Under the pieces are notes generated by a model. That model worked only from the letters and a program-made list of their open reading frames with translations, ran no database searches and was not told the origin of the DNA. Shown here one piece after another: positions 12,311 to 24,564 of a stretch of 64,000 bases of DNA (within the stretch, counting starts at the first letter, position 1; each line of letters begins with the position of its first letter). Origin of the DNA: Saccostrea echinata (taxonomy: Eukaryota); the NCBI RefSeq assembly GCF_033153115.1, contig NW_026889761.1:20708001-20772000 (forward strand), read 5' to 3'. The position numbers and the translations under genes are program-made.

Positions 12311-12773
12311 TTTGATTGTCTTATCAGAAACGTTAATTCCAGTTATCTCTGTATTGTATTAAGACACCTTATCTAATTATTCATAGATATATAGTACGGT
12401 CATACATGCATATATGTACCTAACTTGTTCTCATTTGGAGAGGCTTTTGAATAAATTTATCATACTTTAGACAACTGAAAAGAGTTCATATATGTCTATA
12501 TTAAAGGATTGATGATAAAAAAACAGATTTAAACTGGCACTTGGGGACCAGTTTACTGAACTCTCATAGCTACCTGTATATTGTTTACATTTCAGCGACC
12601 AAAGAGAAAGTACTGATTTGATTTATATTCAGGTCAGTTTCACACAAATAGATAACATTTTGTAATATCCCTCCATTTTGAAAGTATTTTATTTGGCATA
12701 AATTTCAAACTTCAATTGGAACGTTCGTTTAGCAGTTAGATGAATAAGAGGCGTGTGGGTAATACAAAACAAA

Positions 12774-15024
12774 ATGGCTGCTAAAGACAGGGCACAACAT
12801 TTCATTATGTGTGAAAAGTGTCAAAGACCTGTAGAATTTACATGTGTTCCGTGTGAAATTAAACTCTGTGGAGAATGTTCTTTGAACCATATGCGCACGA
12901 AATCAAAACGAGGACATGAACTCCGGGAATATTCTCGGTCTTTGACACAGCAGTGTGACATACATCCTAGTTCTACATGTGACGTCTATTGTAAGTCCTG
13001 CTCTGTTCCAGTCTGCAGTGAATGTGTCGCTACAAATGAACATAAACTTCATGACCTTTCATCAATGTCTTTAATAACTACCTTTTTCGAAACATTGATA
13101 AAAGAAGAAAGTAATGAGTTACAAACAAAAGTTAAAGGCAACTTTGAGCAGTGTATTCAAGATATCAAGAGCAATCTTTCTACCGTATCTAAGCATTTTG
13201 CTGGTGTCAGACAAACACTCAAGCTATGGGGTAAAAAATGGCACCGTGAAATTACATCTCTTGAAGAATCTCTTGGAAAAGAACTAAAAGATGCAGAGGA
13301 CGAGGCTTTGAGGACTCTGAATGAGGAAAGGGCTCTTATGGAAAGCAAGATTCAGGACATTAATGAATCCATCAAGAAATACGAGGAACTACAAGCGTCA
13401 GAAAACCCTAAACTTCTCGTCAAATTTCAGTCTAAGTTAGACAAACTCAGTGAAATACCTACCCTGAGAAACTTCTGTGTTGTTAACTTTATTTCGACTG
13501 AACTACCAACTGATCTGAGGAAAGTCTTTGGAAATTTCAAGTCTTTTATTTGGCCTGTCGAATTTTCAAGTCTCTCAAAGATAAGGACATCAAAAGAAAG
13601 TAAGGCATAATTGACATTTTTTCAATGAAATATTGAGATAACGAACAGTATTCAAGCTCAAAATCCATTAAAACAATACAAATCGGGAGGAGAGCAAACA
13701 CGTACCTCCAAAAACAGAGGTGGGATCAGGTGCCATGGAGGAGTGAGCATCCCCTACCGACCGGTCTCACCAGCCGTGTGCTCCTTATCATGATCGAAAA
13801 ATCCGTCGACAATTCAGTGTGAAAATAGGTCTAACAATTAGTATGAAAAACGTCAGTCAGCATGAGACTTAATGGTAGATTGTATTTGCTGAAAAGGTCA
13901 TTGTATCGATCATAGAACTTACGAAATGATGACTTTAAACAAGACTGTTGATAATCTTGTTTCATCAACTTGTTTGTCAATAGAATTATTCATAAATTAA
14001 ATTCCTGTTCAATTGATTGAATTAAGTAATGTTAATTAAAATATATTTTAATCTAAGGAGATCAAAGAGTCTTCAAGAAAAAATAATTTTAAAAACATTT
14101 AAATATGTCTTAGAGATAAATAATACATAAAATGATGCATGGATTATATACTGATTTTGAATGTAAATCACACAAATAATAGATTTCTTAAATATAAAGA
14201 AATCGCTGGTTCTCCTTGGTGTGTAACTTTGTACCTTTTTCTATATAATTCAACAAAAGTTTTTGCACACTTTTTTATGACAATATTACAAAGTTATACA
14301 AAATTTCAAAATCTACACTGGCAAACGTATTCCGATTATTTATATGAAGATAATTCTCTTAGATGTAATGTCGCTTTCTGGAAAAAAAAAGTTCATTTGT
14401 GTTAGTATCCTTATTTGATGCACATTAAATCATTTATTTGCACAAATATAATAATACTTTAAACTATTTTTTAAAACAGTATTTTCAATTCTAAACAAGC
14501 AACATGGGAATTTATTCAACGTCCAAAAGGATTACGTATTGCACAAGGACGAGTATTTCCCTCCACAATTTACAAGATGTTCAGTTCAGCTACATTCAAA
14601 ACTTTTCTTTTGTCTTCGAAAGTCGAAACCTTTTCGTGAAAAGGTAGAGGCATTTCTAAAGGGAGTGGAAGCCAGACCACTTTGGTCAGAAAGCGAAGGT
14701 TGTGAAGAAGGAGCATATCTGAGTATAGAAAGTACAAACCCAGCTTCAAATTTGAGCGACGCATGGAAAAGAACTGTTTCCGATAAAGTACTAGAATTCC
14801 TTAAAAATTGGACGATAAATAGTATTTTTATACCTGAGTTTGTCTGGGATAGAGTGGTCGGAGAATTGAGAACTATTTCGATCCCTAATCCTGAAAACAC
14901 AGTTTGTTACACTGACAAAAAGCAGCGGAAAATATTTGTTATCGGCCAAGGAAGAGATTCATATACCTTGACTTTAACAATACAAGAAATTGTATGGAAA
15001 TTAACAGATCATAGACAATATTGA
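12774..15024 (+). CDS. RING-less TRIM-like protein A: B-box1, B-box2, coiled coil + C-terminal PARP14-like KH-type region (456 aa as modelled)
   Basis: Exon 12774-13599 (CEKC..C..C..LC.EC...H; CDIH...C..C...C.EC....H..H; heptad helix), donor A|GTAAG phase 1; exon 14480-15024 after ACAG, phase 1, in frame with ORF 14539-15024. The same structure recurs in the paralog. The PARP14 resemblance is from recall, not a search. Confidence 0.8.
13625..13985 (-). mobile_element. Penelope-like (Naiad-type) 3' fragment in TRIM-A intron
   Basis: Minus strand encodes LTNKLMKQDYQQSCLKSSFRKFY followed by the family 3' motif CTCACTCCTCCATGGCACCTGATCCCACC. Confidence 0.8.
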
Positions 15025-15479
15025 GTGAAAAGCGTCACGGTAACAAGAGTTTCTCAAGGAACGGATGTGTTATAGTATCATTAAAGCTTGAAATAAATCT
15101 GTGTCTTCTGGTATATAATTGCTACCATCATAATAGTAATGAAAAAATGCACAGGAGAGTAGCACGCTGGGTGAGGGACATTTTCTGAGAATATTTTTGA
15201 TAGATTTACTATATAAATTTTTATTTGGAAGCTGCTTGTCCTCCCCCTCCTCTCTTTTTTGTTGTATGGTCGAACACACGCAAACACCAGCATTTTGTAA
15301 AATATGCATTTATCATATAAAATTTGACACTCTAATAGAAAGAACATTTCCTTACCCTCAAAGCTAAAGGGAATAATGAAATTGAAATTATTAAAAATAA
15401 TAATTTGTCATTTTAAAAACAACTATCCTCCAAAAGATATCTCAGTCTTCCTTTAATACAATTGTCTGTCTTCAACGAA

Positions 15480-17180
15480 CCTTTTGGTATCGACATTTAG
15501 ATAAATGGAGGACATATTACCAATTAACAATGGTTACTTCCATCCATATATCGACTCGATACATCTTAGTAAAATTGAAATAAAAGATACCACATCTTTC
15601 TTATATTTCGATATTTTACTAGAAAAAGACATTAATGGTATTCTAACAACAAAACTTTATGAAAAACGTGATAATTTCAACTTTTTCATCGTCAGATTCC
15701 CTTACTTCTGTAGCAATATAACCTCATCACCTGCGATACGCAAAGAGCATGCTCTACGTACGAACAATTTCCAAAACAAGGCAAGCTATTGACAAATATT
15801 TACATTTCTAATTAAGGTCTTTCGTCTTCACGGAAGACCTTATAGTGATTCTACTGTTTCTTATTATTCTTTTTTTACCAAAATTCTGTGCACGCTATTT
15901 CTCAAAAACTATTTAGTAGTTTTCAATGAAACTTTCACAAAAAATGAGTCATTTTATGAACTTTGTTCATCACAAATAAAATTTGGAAAAATCGCTTCCG
16001 GTTCCAAACTATGGGTAAATTCCTGATTTTTAAATGGAATGTTGTCCGCGGCAAACCTAAAGAACGACTAAAGGTATGAACTAGAGACTTATTAGAGATT
16101 ATAGAACATGACTTCTAGATTACCAGAATTGCCTTTTCGTACGTCGTCACTACTTCCGGTCGCTACAGGAAGCGAATTTAAAAAGTGGAATTTTTCAATT
16201 TTTTTGTTTTTCAATATTTTTTGGTGAATTTAGTAGGGTTGATAGAGGCTCTTTTTAAAATGCATAATATGTTATTTGTTTGAAAATTGATAATAAATAT
16301 TTCAATCATTATTAATATTTTTAGACAAATATTATGCATGCCATATCTCGAGAACTATTCAGTGGTTTTTCGTCAAACTTTCAGGGATAATGCGTTTTAA
16401 AAAGCCAATGTTACATTTGAAAGAATTTTGGAAAATTCACTTCCGATTCCATGTTACGGGCAATTTCCTGATTTTTAAATGAATTTTTTTCCGCGGCAGA
16501 TCTAAAGAACGGCTAAAGATATAAGATATAAAGACTGGAGACTTATTGGAGATGATAGAACATGATTTCTAGATTTACGGAATCGCCTTTTTGTGCGTCG
16601 TTAATAGTTCCGGTCGCTACCGGAAGCGAATTAAGAAAGTCGAATTGTTCAACTTTTTTGTCTCTCAATATTTTTTAATGATTTTACTGGGGATGATAGA
16701 GATTCTTATAAGAAATGGTCACACTAGCATAATGGTTTGCGTGTTCAATTTTCATGCGTTCGACCTGGACTCAATCCCCAGAATGTCTGGATTTTTTGTA
16801 CCTTTTTTCCTCTGAAATATAATACTCTATCTATGAAATGATATTTGTATGAAGGAGTTAAAAGGAATGCACAACGTTATACTGTTATGATTGAGGAATC
16901 AACTTCTCTCATGACGGAAAAGGGAAGGAAGACCTTCCTGTTGCCATGGCAACAGGTTTCTAGTTGTTTTCTCTGTTTTGTCATATAAATGGAAAATATA
17001 AGGAATCACTGTCCAGTTGTGTGAATTATCCCACGTTTCCAACTATCGTTCCTCCTCCATGGCACCTGATCCCATCTCTTTTTTTTTTTTTTTAAGTTCG
17101 TGTTTGCTCTGCACCTGATTTGTATTGCTTGAATGGACTTTTGAGCATGAATTGTATTCGTTATCTTTTTATTTCATCTT
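15480..17180 (+). mobile_element. Penelope-like RT C-terminal fragment interrupted by a HINE
   Basis: ORF 15505-15792 (EIKDTT..YFDILLEKD..LTTKLYEKRDNFNF). The 3' motif CTCCTCCATGGCACCTGATCCC resumes at ~17050. Confidence 0.75.
15811..16965. mobile_element. Helentron-type HINE with two ~440 bp internal repeats
   Basis: 5' AAGGTCTTTCGTCTTCACGGAAGACCTT, short CTTATT tract, repeat units ~15895-16335 and ~16340-16720, 3' subTIR GGAAGACCTT, palindrome CCTGTTGCCATGGCAACAGG, end CTAGTT. Confidence 0.75.
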
Positions 17181-17939
17181 AAAAATGAAGACAATAATGA
17201 ATGAAATATTAAAATCGTGTCAGCCCTATAATATTTGATATCATGAATGGAAATGAATTTGTTGAGATTTTTTAGAAGTAGTTCTTCAGATGTGCTTCTT
17301 ACTGTAAAAGTCGTACTGTAAAAATTCTCTTATATTCTATGTATTTACACATATAATTTTATGCTGTGAAATATCTTTTCATGAAATTGAAAAAAAAAAG
17401 ATTTGTCATTTTCTTCAATTGTATAATGCACCACTAAGAGCGTCACAAAATTTTTAATGTATTTAAATTGTATTTAATGTCAACTTCATATTACTGTATG
17501 ATCCAAAGTCTGATATCCCAAACGAGTTGAACCAACGGTCGACTAGGAAATCCATCAAAGCAGTGGGTAGGTATCTATTCAACCGGGCATAAAACTGAAA
17601 GGAAAATGATTGATATGTGTTCTTAAAAATAGGTACTAAATCATTGCATTTCCTACTTATGAAATTATGGGGGTTTTTTCAATCTGCTTTACTAAATTCC
17701 GTTTGTGAAAGCATCAGGATATAAGTGAAAATTCTCTAGAGGGACGTTAAACAACAACAACAACAAAACAAACAAACAATTTTTTTTATGAAACAAATAA
17801 AACGCGAATCCCATGATCCCTTGTAGTAGCCATACCATACCCCCAGGTGTCATGATTTTAACAAATTCAGCATCTATAATTTGTTAGTCAAAACTGATAT
17901 AGAAATAAGACTTTACCTTTAAAAGCAATTTTAATTGAC

Positions 17940-18280
17940 TTCGCAAATGTGACATAATGGTGGCTTAATGAGGGTTTAATTAAAGGTTCATTTTTGTAGC
18001 TTAAAGGAGTTTGAACATTAGTCATCTAAAAGTCTGGCTTAATGGGGGATTTAAGGTCACTTAAAGATTGTCTAGAAGCCACCTATAAGCTATATTTAAG
18101 CAACCATTATACTAAATTTAATCAGCCATTAATGATATTTAGAAGGCTTAATGATACCCTAATGATAGTGTATACATTACTTAAAGATAGCTTTAAGATG
18201 CTTAATTAATGGTGGCTTAAGACGACCATTAATCTATCATTAAGCATCTATAAGCTGTCTTTAAGCGAAACTTTAAGGAA
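17940..18280. repeat. Degenerate TTAA-rich short-unit array (probable DNA transposon subterminal region)
   Basis: Recurrent GGCTTAATG / CTTAAAG / CATTAA units in both orientations. Confidence 0.4.
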
Positions 18281-18299
18281 ATGATTTATCTTGTTATTT

Positions 18300-18562
18300 T
18301 GAAAGATATTTCCTATATATTCTGATGTGTAACTTTGATACCCTGCTGTGGTACCACCCTATCTCCAGGGGTAATTATTTGAACAAATTTGAATCCACAC
18401 TATGTAATAAAGTTTTAACGTAAGTTTTAACTTTTCTGACTTTGTGGTTCTAGAGATTTTTTAAAGATGCCACCAAATTTTTTTCTTATTCTTAATAATT
18501 TCCCCTTGCTAGAAGGACTACCCTTTCATTTAACAGATTTTAATTCCCTTCACCCGATGATG
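18300..18562. repeat. HINE-associated satellite monomers
   Basis: TTCCTATAT...CCAGGGG...TTTGAACAAATTTGAATCCACACTA and TCCCCTT...CCCTTTCATTTAACA...TCCCTTCACCC; same family as 46670-47430. Confidence 0.6.
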
Positions 18563-18569
18563 CGTCAAA

Positions 18570-18835
18570 CCTGAGACGTAAACATAGATAGTGACTGTTC
18601 TTTCGCCAAACGCCCGGTATTAAAAATGAAAGTCATGAGTCTTTTAGATGAGACCTTAATAAACCTGGATCTCGTGTCACTGTACACGTGGGCTCGATAA
18701 AGAACCCTCACAGCTCAATCGCCCTGAACACGGAGTAAAGGTCTAAATTTGAAATACTTCATCTGTATATGGTGTTGTCTCTATTTGAGTGAAAAATTCT
18801 CAACTGGGACGTAAAACAACATAAAATCAATCAAT
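18570..18835 (+). mobile_element. 5'-truncated SINE of the same family as 1-231
   Basis: Reverse-complement match to the SINE body (GAGACCTTAA...GATAAAGAACCCTCAC...GGTCTAAATTTGAA) with tail GGGACGTAAAACAAC...(CAAT)n. Confidence 0.7.
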
Positions 18836-19469
18836 TACTGTGAGAAATTTAATTTAAATGCCAGCAAAAAGGAAGAAAACAAGACATAAACACCTACCTT
18901 GCAGACTAAACATACGCAGTAGTAATCAATGAGTCCCTAATCACCATCTACCAAGTATCTAATTTTCGGATTTTTAGCGTCACGGCGTCAACAAATGCGT
19001 CAATAACAGGATCAATGGTAGTATGGTGACTGTAATTTTCTGTGTTCCAGAAACACTATACAAATACCTCACAATGATAACAACAACCAGAAGAACCGCC
19101 TATATCTATAACAATAACGTGAGAAATACGAGAAATAGCACTTAAATGCACATCATGGATTCCAGTATGCAGTTCTTGTACAAAACAGCATCCTGGTGTA
19201 TGGACAACAGTTTTTTGTTTTTTTTTTACATATTATTAAATGTTTCTACCTGTTTATGGTGCTCTCTGTTGAATAATTCATAACAAAGATATGTATGTAT
19301 GTATGCTAAACTCTGATAGCACATTGTGGACCAACCCTACTCCGGGGCCAGGATTTTAACAAACTTAAATCTACATTACCCGAGGATGCTTCCATAACAA
19401 TATGGAGAAAAAGATTTATTTTACAGATTTTTTTTCCTACATATTCCTATGTAAAAGTATGATCGTCCA

Positions 19470-20960
19470 TTATTTTGTTTTGAACATATTCTATTGACAA
19501 TATGTCAAAGGTATTGGACACAATTTCTAAAAAATTCGATAGTCCTCTCCCACACATAAAATCTTAATAGCCATACAACATTTACAAAGATTTACAATTT
19601 TACAATAATATACATGAACATAGGAGAACAAAAACAACAGCTATTATTGCTAAGGAATATCATCTGACATAGGGATGAATATTATGACGACAATAACCAT
19701 GTTTAACATAGTTTCAAAAGAGGTAGTAAATACAAGTGAAACAACCAGTATCCTGGATTTTTTTTTTTTTAAATACCAAATATTTTTCATCTTCCTGCAA
19801 AGAAAATAATTAATCTCCCCATAGCTGTTTATGTACATTTAACATTTTTACATTATTAATTACAAGTAATGCATTCAATATTAAACGTCTAGCTTTTAGA
19901 TATTTTCTACACACAAAGAAATATTGATGACTAACCTCCTTATATCCACAAGAACAATTTGGATTCGTTTTAATATTACATCTATACAAGTCATGATTTA
20001 AAATACAAGTGTGCCTTATTCTTGTATGTAAAATGTTCAGATACCTTTTGCCGTATGATAGATACTTGGGAGGCTTGTCATTATTTTATTCAATTTTCTT
20101 TTGAAAATTCCTATTGAAGTTATTTCCCTTGTTTCATTACTCAATTAATTCCATTTGCGAATAGTATCGGGGCTAAATGACTTATTGAGTAATTCAAACC
20201 TACATTTTAATTTGGTAAGAAATAATTACTTGAATTACGAGTATTATAATTTGAAACAGTGTTTCTAACTACTGGTACAATATCTTTTAAATAATCAGGA
20301 GCTAGGTTATTGTGGATTTTAAACATTGTTAAAAGTTTAGCTTTGTCTCCCTTCTTATTTTACGAGATTTCCATCCTGTTTCAACAAACAACGAGTTTCT
20401 TGCCGCTAATACTGACAGACCTGTCACAATTCTTGCAGCGGTCAGTTGAACCCTAACAAGCTTTTCAATATCTGCAAACGAACAGCCTGACCAACCTTCA
20501 GATGCATACTCAGGTCGTGGTCGAATAAAGGAAATGTAAATTTTGGATAAAGTATCTCTAGACACTGAAAATTTTAGTTTCTTGAGAAGTCCAAGCTTTT
20601 TGTAGCCTTTACCGACAATACTATCAATGTATTCAGTCCAGCCTAATTACGATGAAAAAATAACACCAAGATGTATGTGTTGTGTTACATATTCTAGCTG
20701 ACAGTTCACAAAAAATAATGCAGATAATTGGTTTGTATTTTTAAGCTGAAAAATACTACTTTTGTTTGAATTAAATTTTAATAGCCATTTTTGACCATTC
20801 ATCCAGGATTTTAAATCATGGTTTAGATTATGTTCAATGAGGCGCACGTCACTTAGGCTTTCTTCTAAAGAGTACTCTTCTGCAAATAGTCTGCAAACAG
20901 ATATGATATTTTCGGCAACATTATTCACATATATCAGAAATTAAAGAGGACCTAGGACAG
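19470..20960 (-). mobile_element. 5'-truncated CR1/L2-group LINE, copy 1, embedded in HINE satellite
   Basis: Decayed RT end (IYVNNV..CRLFAEE, WLLKFN, FIRPRPEYASEGWSGCS...QLTAARIVTGL), 3' UTR ending in an AATAAA-like signal and CAAAA tail; same breakpoints as 44450-46655. Confidence 0.85.
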
Positions 20961-21578
20961 ATCGCCTCTTGTGGCCCAACCCTATCGCCGGGGGTCAAGA
21001 TTTGAACAATGTACACTACCTGAGGATGCTTCCATATCAATATGACACAACAAGGGAATATTCTTTCCAATACAAAAAAATAAAATAAGTGTCGTTTCAA
21101 GTATGAAGCTTATTTTTGTCTACCATTGTTGAATAATGAATGCACATAAATGAGGTAATGTGATACTGTACTGATTAAGTGTATATTGTGTGTGGAATAC
21201 ATTGCGATGGTTTTAATTTCACTATGTTCGCAATCAAAGAATTTTCCGCGAACATTAGGCTATCGCAAATATTGTCAACCAACATATCAATGTAGTGTTT
21301 ATGTATCAAATACAAGTACGTACCATACACCATAAAATATCATATTAGTAAAATTATTGACCATAGATAATCATTTGAAAAAGCCAGATAAATGAAACGG
21401 CTGTCTAATGTTAGATTCTTTAAATATTTTACATAGCTCACCATCACCTTCTTTGTTTCAAGGAATATTTTTGGTAATAACAAATATCTATTAATGAGAC
21501 ATTTTAAAGTATCCCCGAAATTAAAACTATCATGAAATGTACCAACATAGAATATAACACCAGCAGAGTTATACGCAC

Positions 21579-22659
21579 ATTGGGATTTACACATCCTAAA
21601 TGGTACATGTACTTAAAGTAAAAGCTATCATCAATTGTTTCTGTAACTTTGCACACCTACAATTTAATTATTCAAAACAACTGTAAATAAATGTAAAACA
21701 TTGCAATCAATTAGAAAAAAATAAAATAATTAACATTAAAAATAAAAATTTATGGGGAACTTTGATACAAATTTGTGATTGTTTTTGTAACCTTTGCAAA
21801 TAAAATAAAGAAAAGGAAGTAAATGTATGAATGAACTAAACAGGTGGAATAAAATAGAAAAGATAAAGAAAACAGGTCCATGTCTTTATTTTGTATGAAA
21901 AATTAATCTGAATATACCTAAATCATAAATTACTAGTCATAAATATAATACCTTTTGTAGTTAACATCGTGTAGTAATATTACTCTGAAGAGGGTTGTCC
22001 ACAAGAATGCAGTTATAGCAAATGATGGCCCAACCTAGAAATTGATTCATAATCTTCAGAAAGACGGAAAAAAAACGTTCGAGACAAAATAATTTAGATA
22101 CCTTTCTCTTTATTTCAAAATTTACTAGTATTTCAAAATTAGGATATAATTTTATAAAGGATTTTAGAGACAATGAGTAGAAGTCCATTCATTTGGAACA
22201 ATACTAATAACATGGACCTCTAAAAACTTCGGAGGTGGGATCAGGTACCATGGAGGAGTAAGCAACCCGTGTGTTCCTTGTTGTGATCGGGTAAACGGAA
22301 AGATCCGTAGACAATTCATTGTGAAATAATGGACCAACAATTTGGAAAAAAAAAACGTCAACCGTCTTGACGATAGATCGCATTTACTGACATTCATTAG
22401 CGAAATGTTGACTTTAAACGAGACTGATGTTATTCTCGTATCATCAACTTATTTTTCAATAGCTTACCTCGTTTTAGAAATTGTTTTCCACGTAGAATAT
22501 GCTGTTTCGTATCGAATCAACGGGAAGACATAAACTTCATATGCAGGTGATAATGGTATATTACTACATGAAGCAGGAAATTTGAAGATAGAAAAAGTGT
22601 TAAGGTTATTACGTTTATCATGAAGTTTATTTGTTAGTTTGACATTAATGTCTTTCTCT

Positions 22660-22710
<51 letters not shown>

Positions 22711-24016
22711 AATATGAAACAGATGAATCAGTCTCTGTGTTGTCTCTTACTCCGAGTTCAAAAGGATGTATCGAATTAACTAGAAATGAAAATGCGAATT
22801 GTTAATTGATAGACCTTCTTGTCCTGTAGAAGTTTTCGAATTAATTCTGCTTCATATGAATACAAAAAAGGTCTGTTAATAACAGGGCACAATTAGTACC
22901 TATGGTTTCCAACAGATTGTTGGAAGACCTGGTCTCAAAAAACTACATAGATATTGTCAATCACAAACTGAAGTTTCTTTTCAATTTTAGCTTCAGAATA
23001 CTTGTGTGAAGAATCGGAATGTTTTGGAACAAAATCATTTTGCTGATGACCAAAGAAGGTATGTACATTTACGAAAATGTTAGGATGTTAAATGTAGAGA
23101 TATTAATGAAGCGAGTTATTGGTCGATTATATTGGAGTAAAAAGTAAACAAAAACATACCTTTTGTCCAGGGGTTCATCAAAATAAAACACACTGAAATA
23201 AACATGACATTTAATAGGAACTTTTTAACAAAAATATAATTACTGGGCTGATTCATGTAGACTAAGTTTACATACTACTGATCAAGGAACAGTGAATAAG
23301 TATGCAGGAATACTGTGCTAAGTATAATCATAATACTGTTGTAGATACCTAAGCTAATAATTTCTAAAGTTCACGATTAAAACTACATGTATGAAGCATT
23401 TAATAATGAATTTGCAGCAATTAATGATTTTGATTGTATCATTTTCAGTTTTACAAGATAAAATTGTACTTAACATAATTTTGTTAATCATACTGATATA
23501 TAATTATGATATTTCCATTTTTTGAGGATGATTTATTTTAAGTGGTACACATTTTACCTGGTTATTGTTTTTAATCTTATTAATTAATTCCGGTTACCTA
23601 CCTTATATTGTTACCTTATATTGCAAACTTAGACTAATTTATAGTTACTATACTATCTTTAAAAATTTTTAACTTGCATTATTCTTTATTTGCCCAAATC
23701 CAAATATTGGTACGTAGGGTTCGATGTTAATAGCTTATATAATATAGATGTCTTTCCACGATAAACTGTATGTACTATAGTATTTTATCCCTCGTTGGTA
23801 TTACAAATTCATCATTGAAAAGTATGGTTATAATTTGCTTGATTCAAAAACAGCCTTCTCAAATGACTAGTTTTAACAAATCAAACTGATTCTGTAAAGC
23901 AAGAAATGTTAAGAGCACATGCCAGCAGGTAGTCTCGCTAGTCCCTATTTTAAAAACTGTTTGATCCCTTTCATAAGATATTATTAAAGCATTTTACTTA
24001 CAAAAAGGTCCCCAAT
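21579..24016 (-). pseudogene. Truncated pseudogene of the Ly6-lectin gene (exons 1-4 only)
   Basis: Exon 1 (~24002-24016) lost its ATG and 1 nt; exon 2 ~23160-23192 (LCFILMNPWTKG); exon 3 ~21952-22034 has Cys to Ser and in-frame TAA; exon 4 ~21579-21654 has a 6-bp insertion. No linker or CTLD exons follow. Confidence 0.88.
22175..23090 (-). mobile_element. Penelope-like (Naiad-type) RT fragment
   Basis: Decayed QQSVGNH/GTNCALLLTDLFLYSYEAELI, DKRNNL, SPAYEVYVFPLIRYE, plus the family 3' motif at 22231-22270; contains a long A-run at 22663-22707. Confidence 0.8.
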
Positions 24017-24564
24017 TTGATTGCCTTATCAGAGATGATTCCAGTTATCTTATAGTGTTTATACTTCTAAGAGAAATGTTTATCAAATATCTCCAAGTCA
24101 TAAATGATACGCACTCGCTCGGAGAAGCTTTTTATATTCATGTGAAACTTTTAAATACCTACAGCATATACAATGTATATAAAACTATTAGAATGAATAA
24201 AAGTTAACATTGTAAAGTGTATACTAAACCATACAGAAGGCATTAAGTGAAATTCGTATTGCAAGGTATTTTAGTCTGTTGTATTTAATTACCGGGTAAT
24301 GATAAAGAGAAACATTACATTTAAACTGGTACCGGGAACCAGTTAGGTACCTGTACATTGTTTACATTTCGTCGACCGAACAGAAAGCACTATTTTTAGG
24401 TTGTTGATTCAAGTTCTACATGTAGGTATTTTACTACAATTGTTCGTTTCATTTTGAAAGTATCCACAATTACCCACTTACAAGGTATGGATTTCAAACT
24501 GTAACTTTCGTTTCATAGCTAAATAAAGTTTAGGTAATTATCAATGTGACTGAAACAAAACAAG

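Larger units (their letters stand above)
17463..19290 (-). pseudogene. SDR pseudogene (paralog of 28563-32643) with internal deletion
   Basis: Last exon from 17594 (FYARLNRYLPTALMDFLVDRWFNSFG). Exon-5 remnant ~18926-19025 has a frameshift and TAG and is fused directly to an exon-1 remnant (~19026-19105); exons 2-4 are missing. Upstream 19130-19290 matches 32660-32812. Confidence 0.85.

Noticed and set aside
12753-12773. GTG start for TRIM-A
   Set aside because: Eukaryotic gene; the paralog supports ATG at 12774 (MAAKDRAQ).
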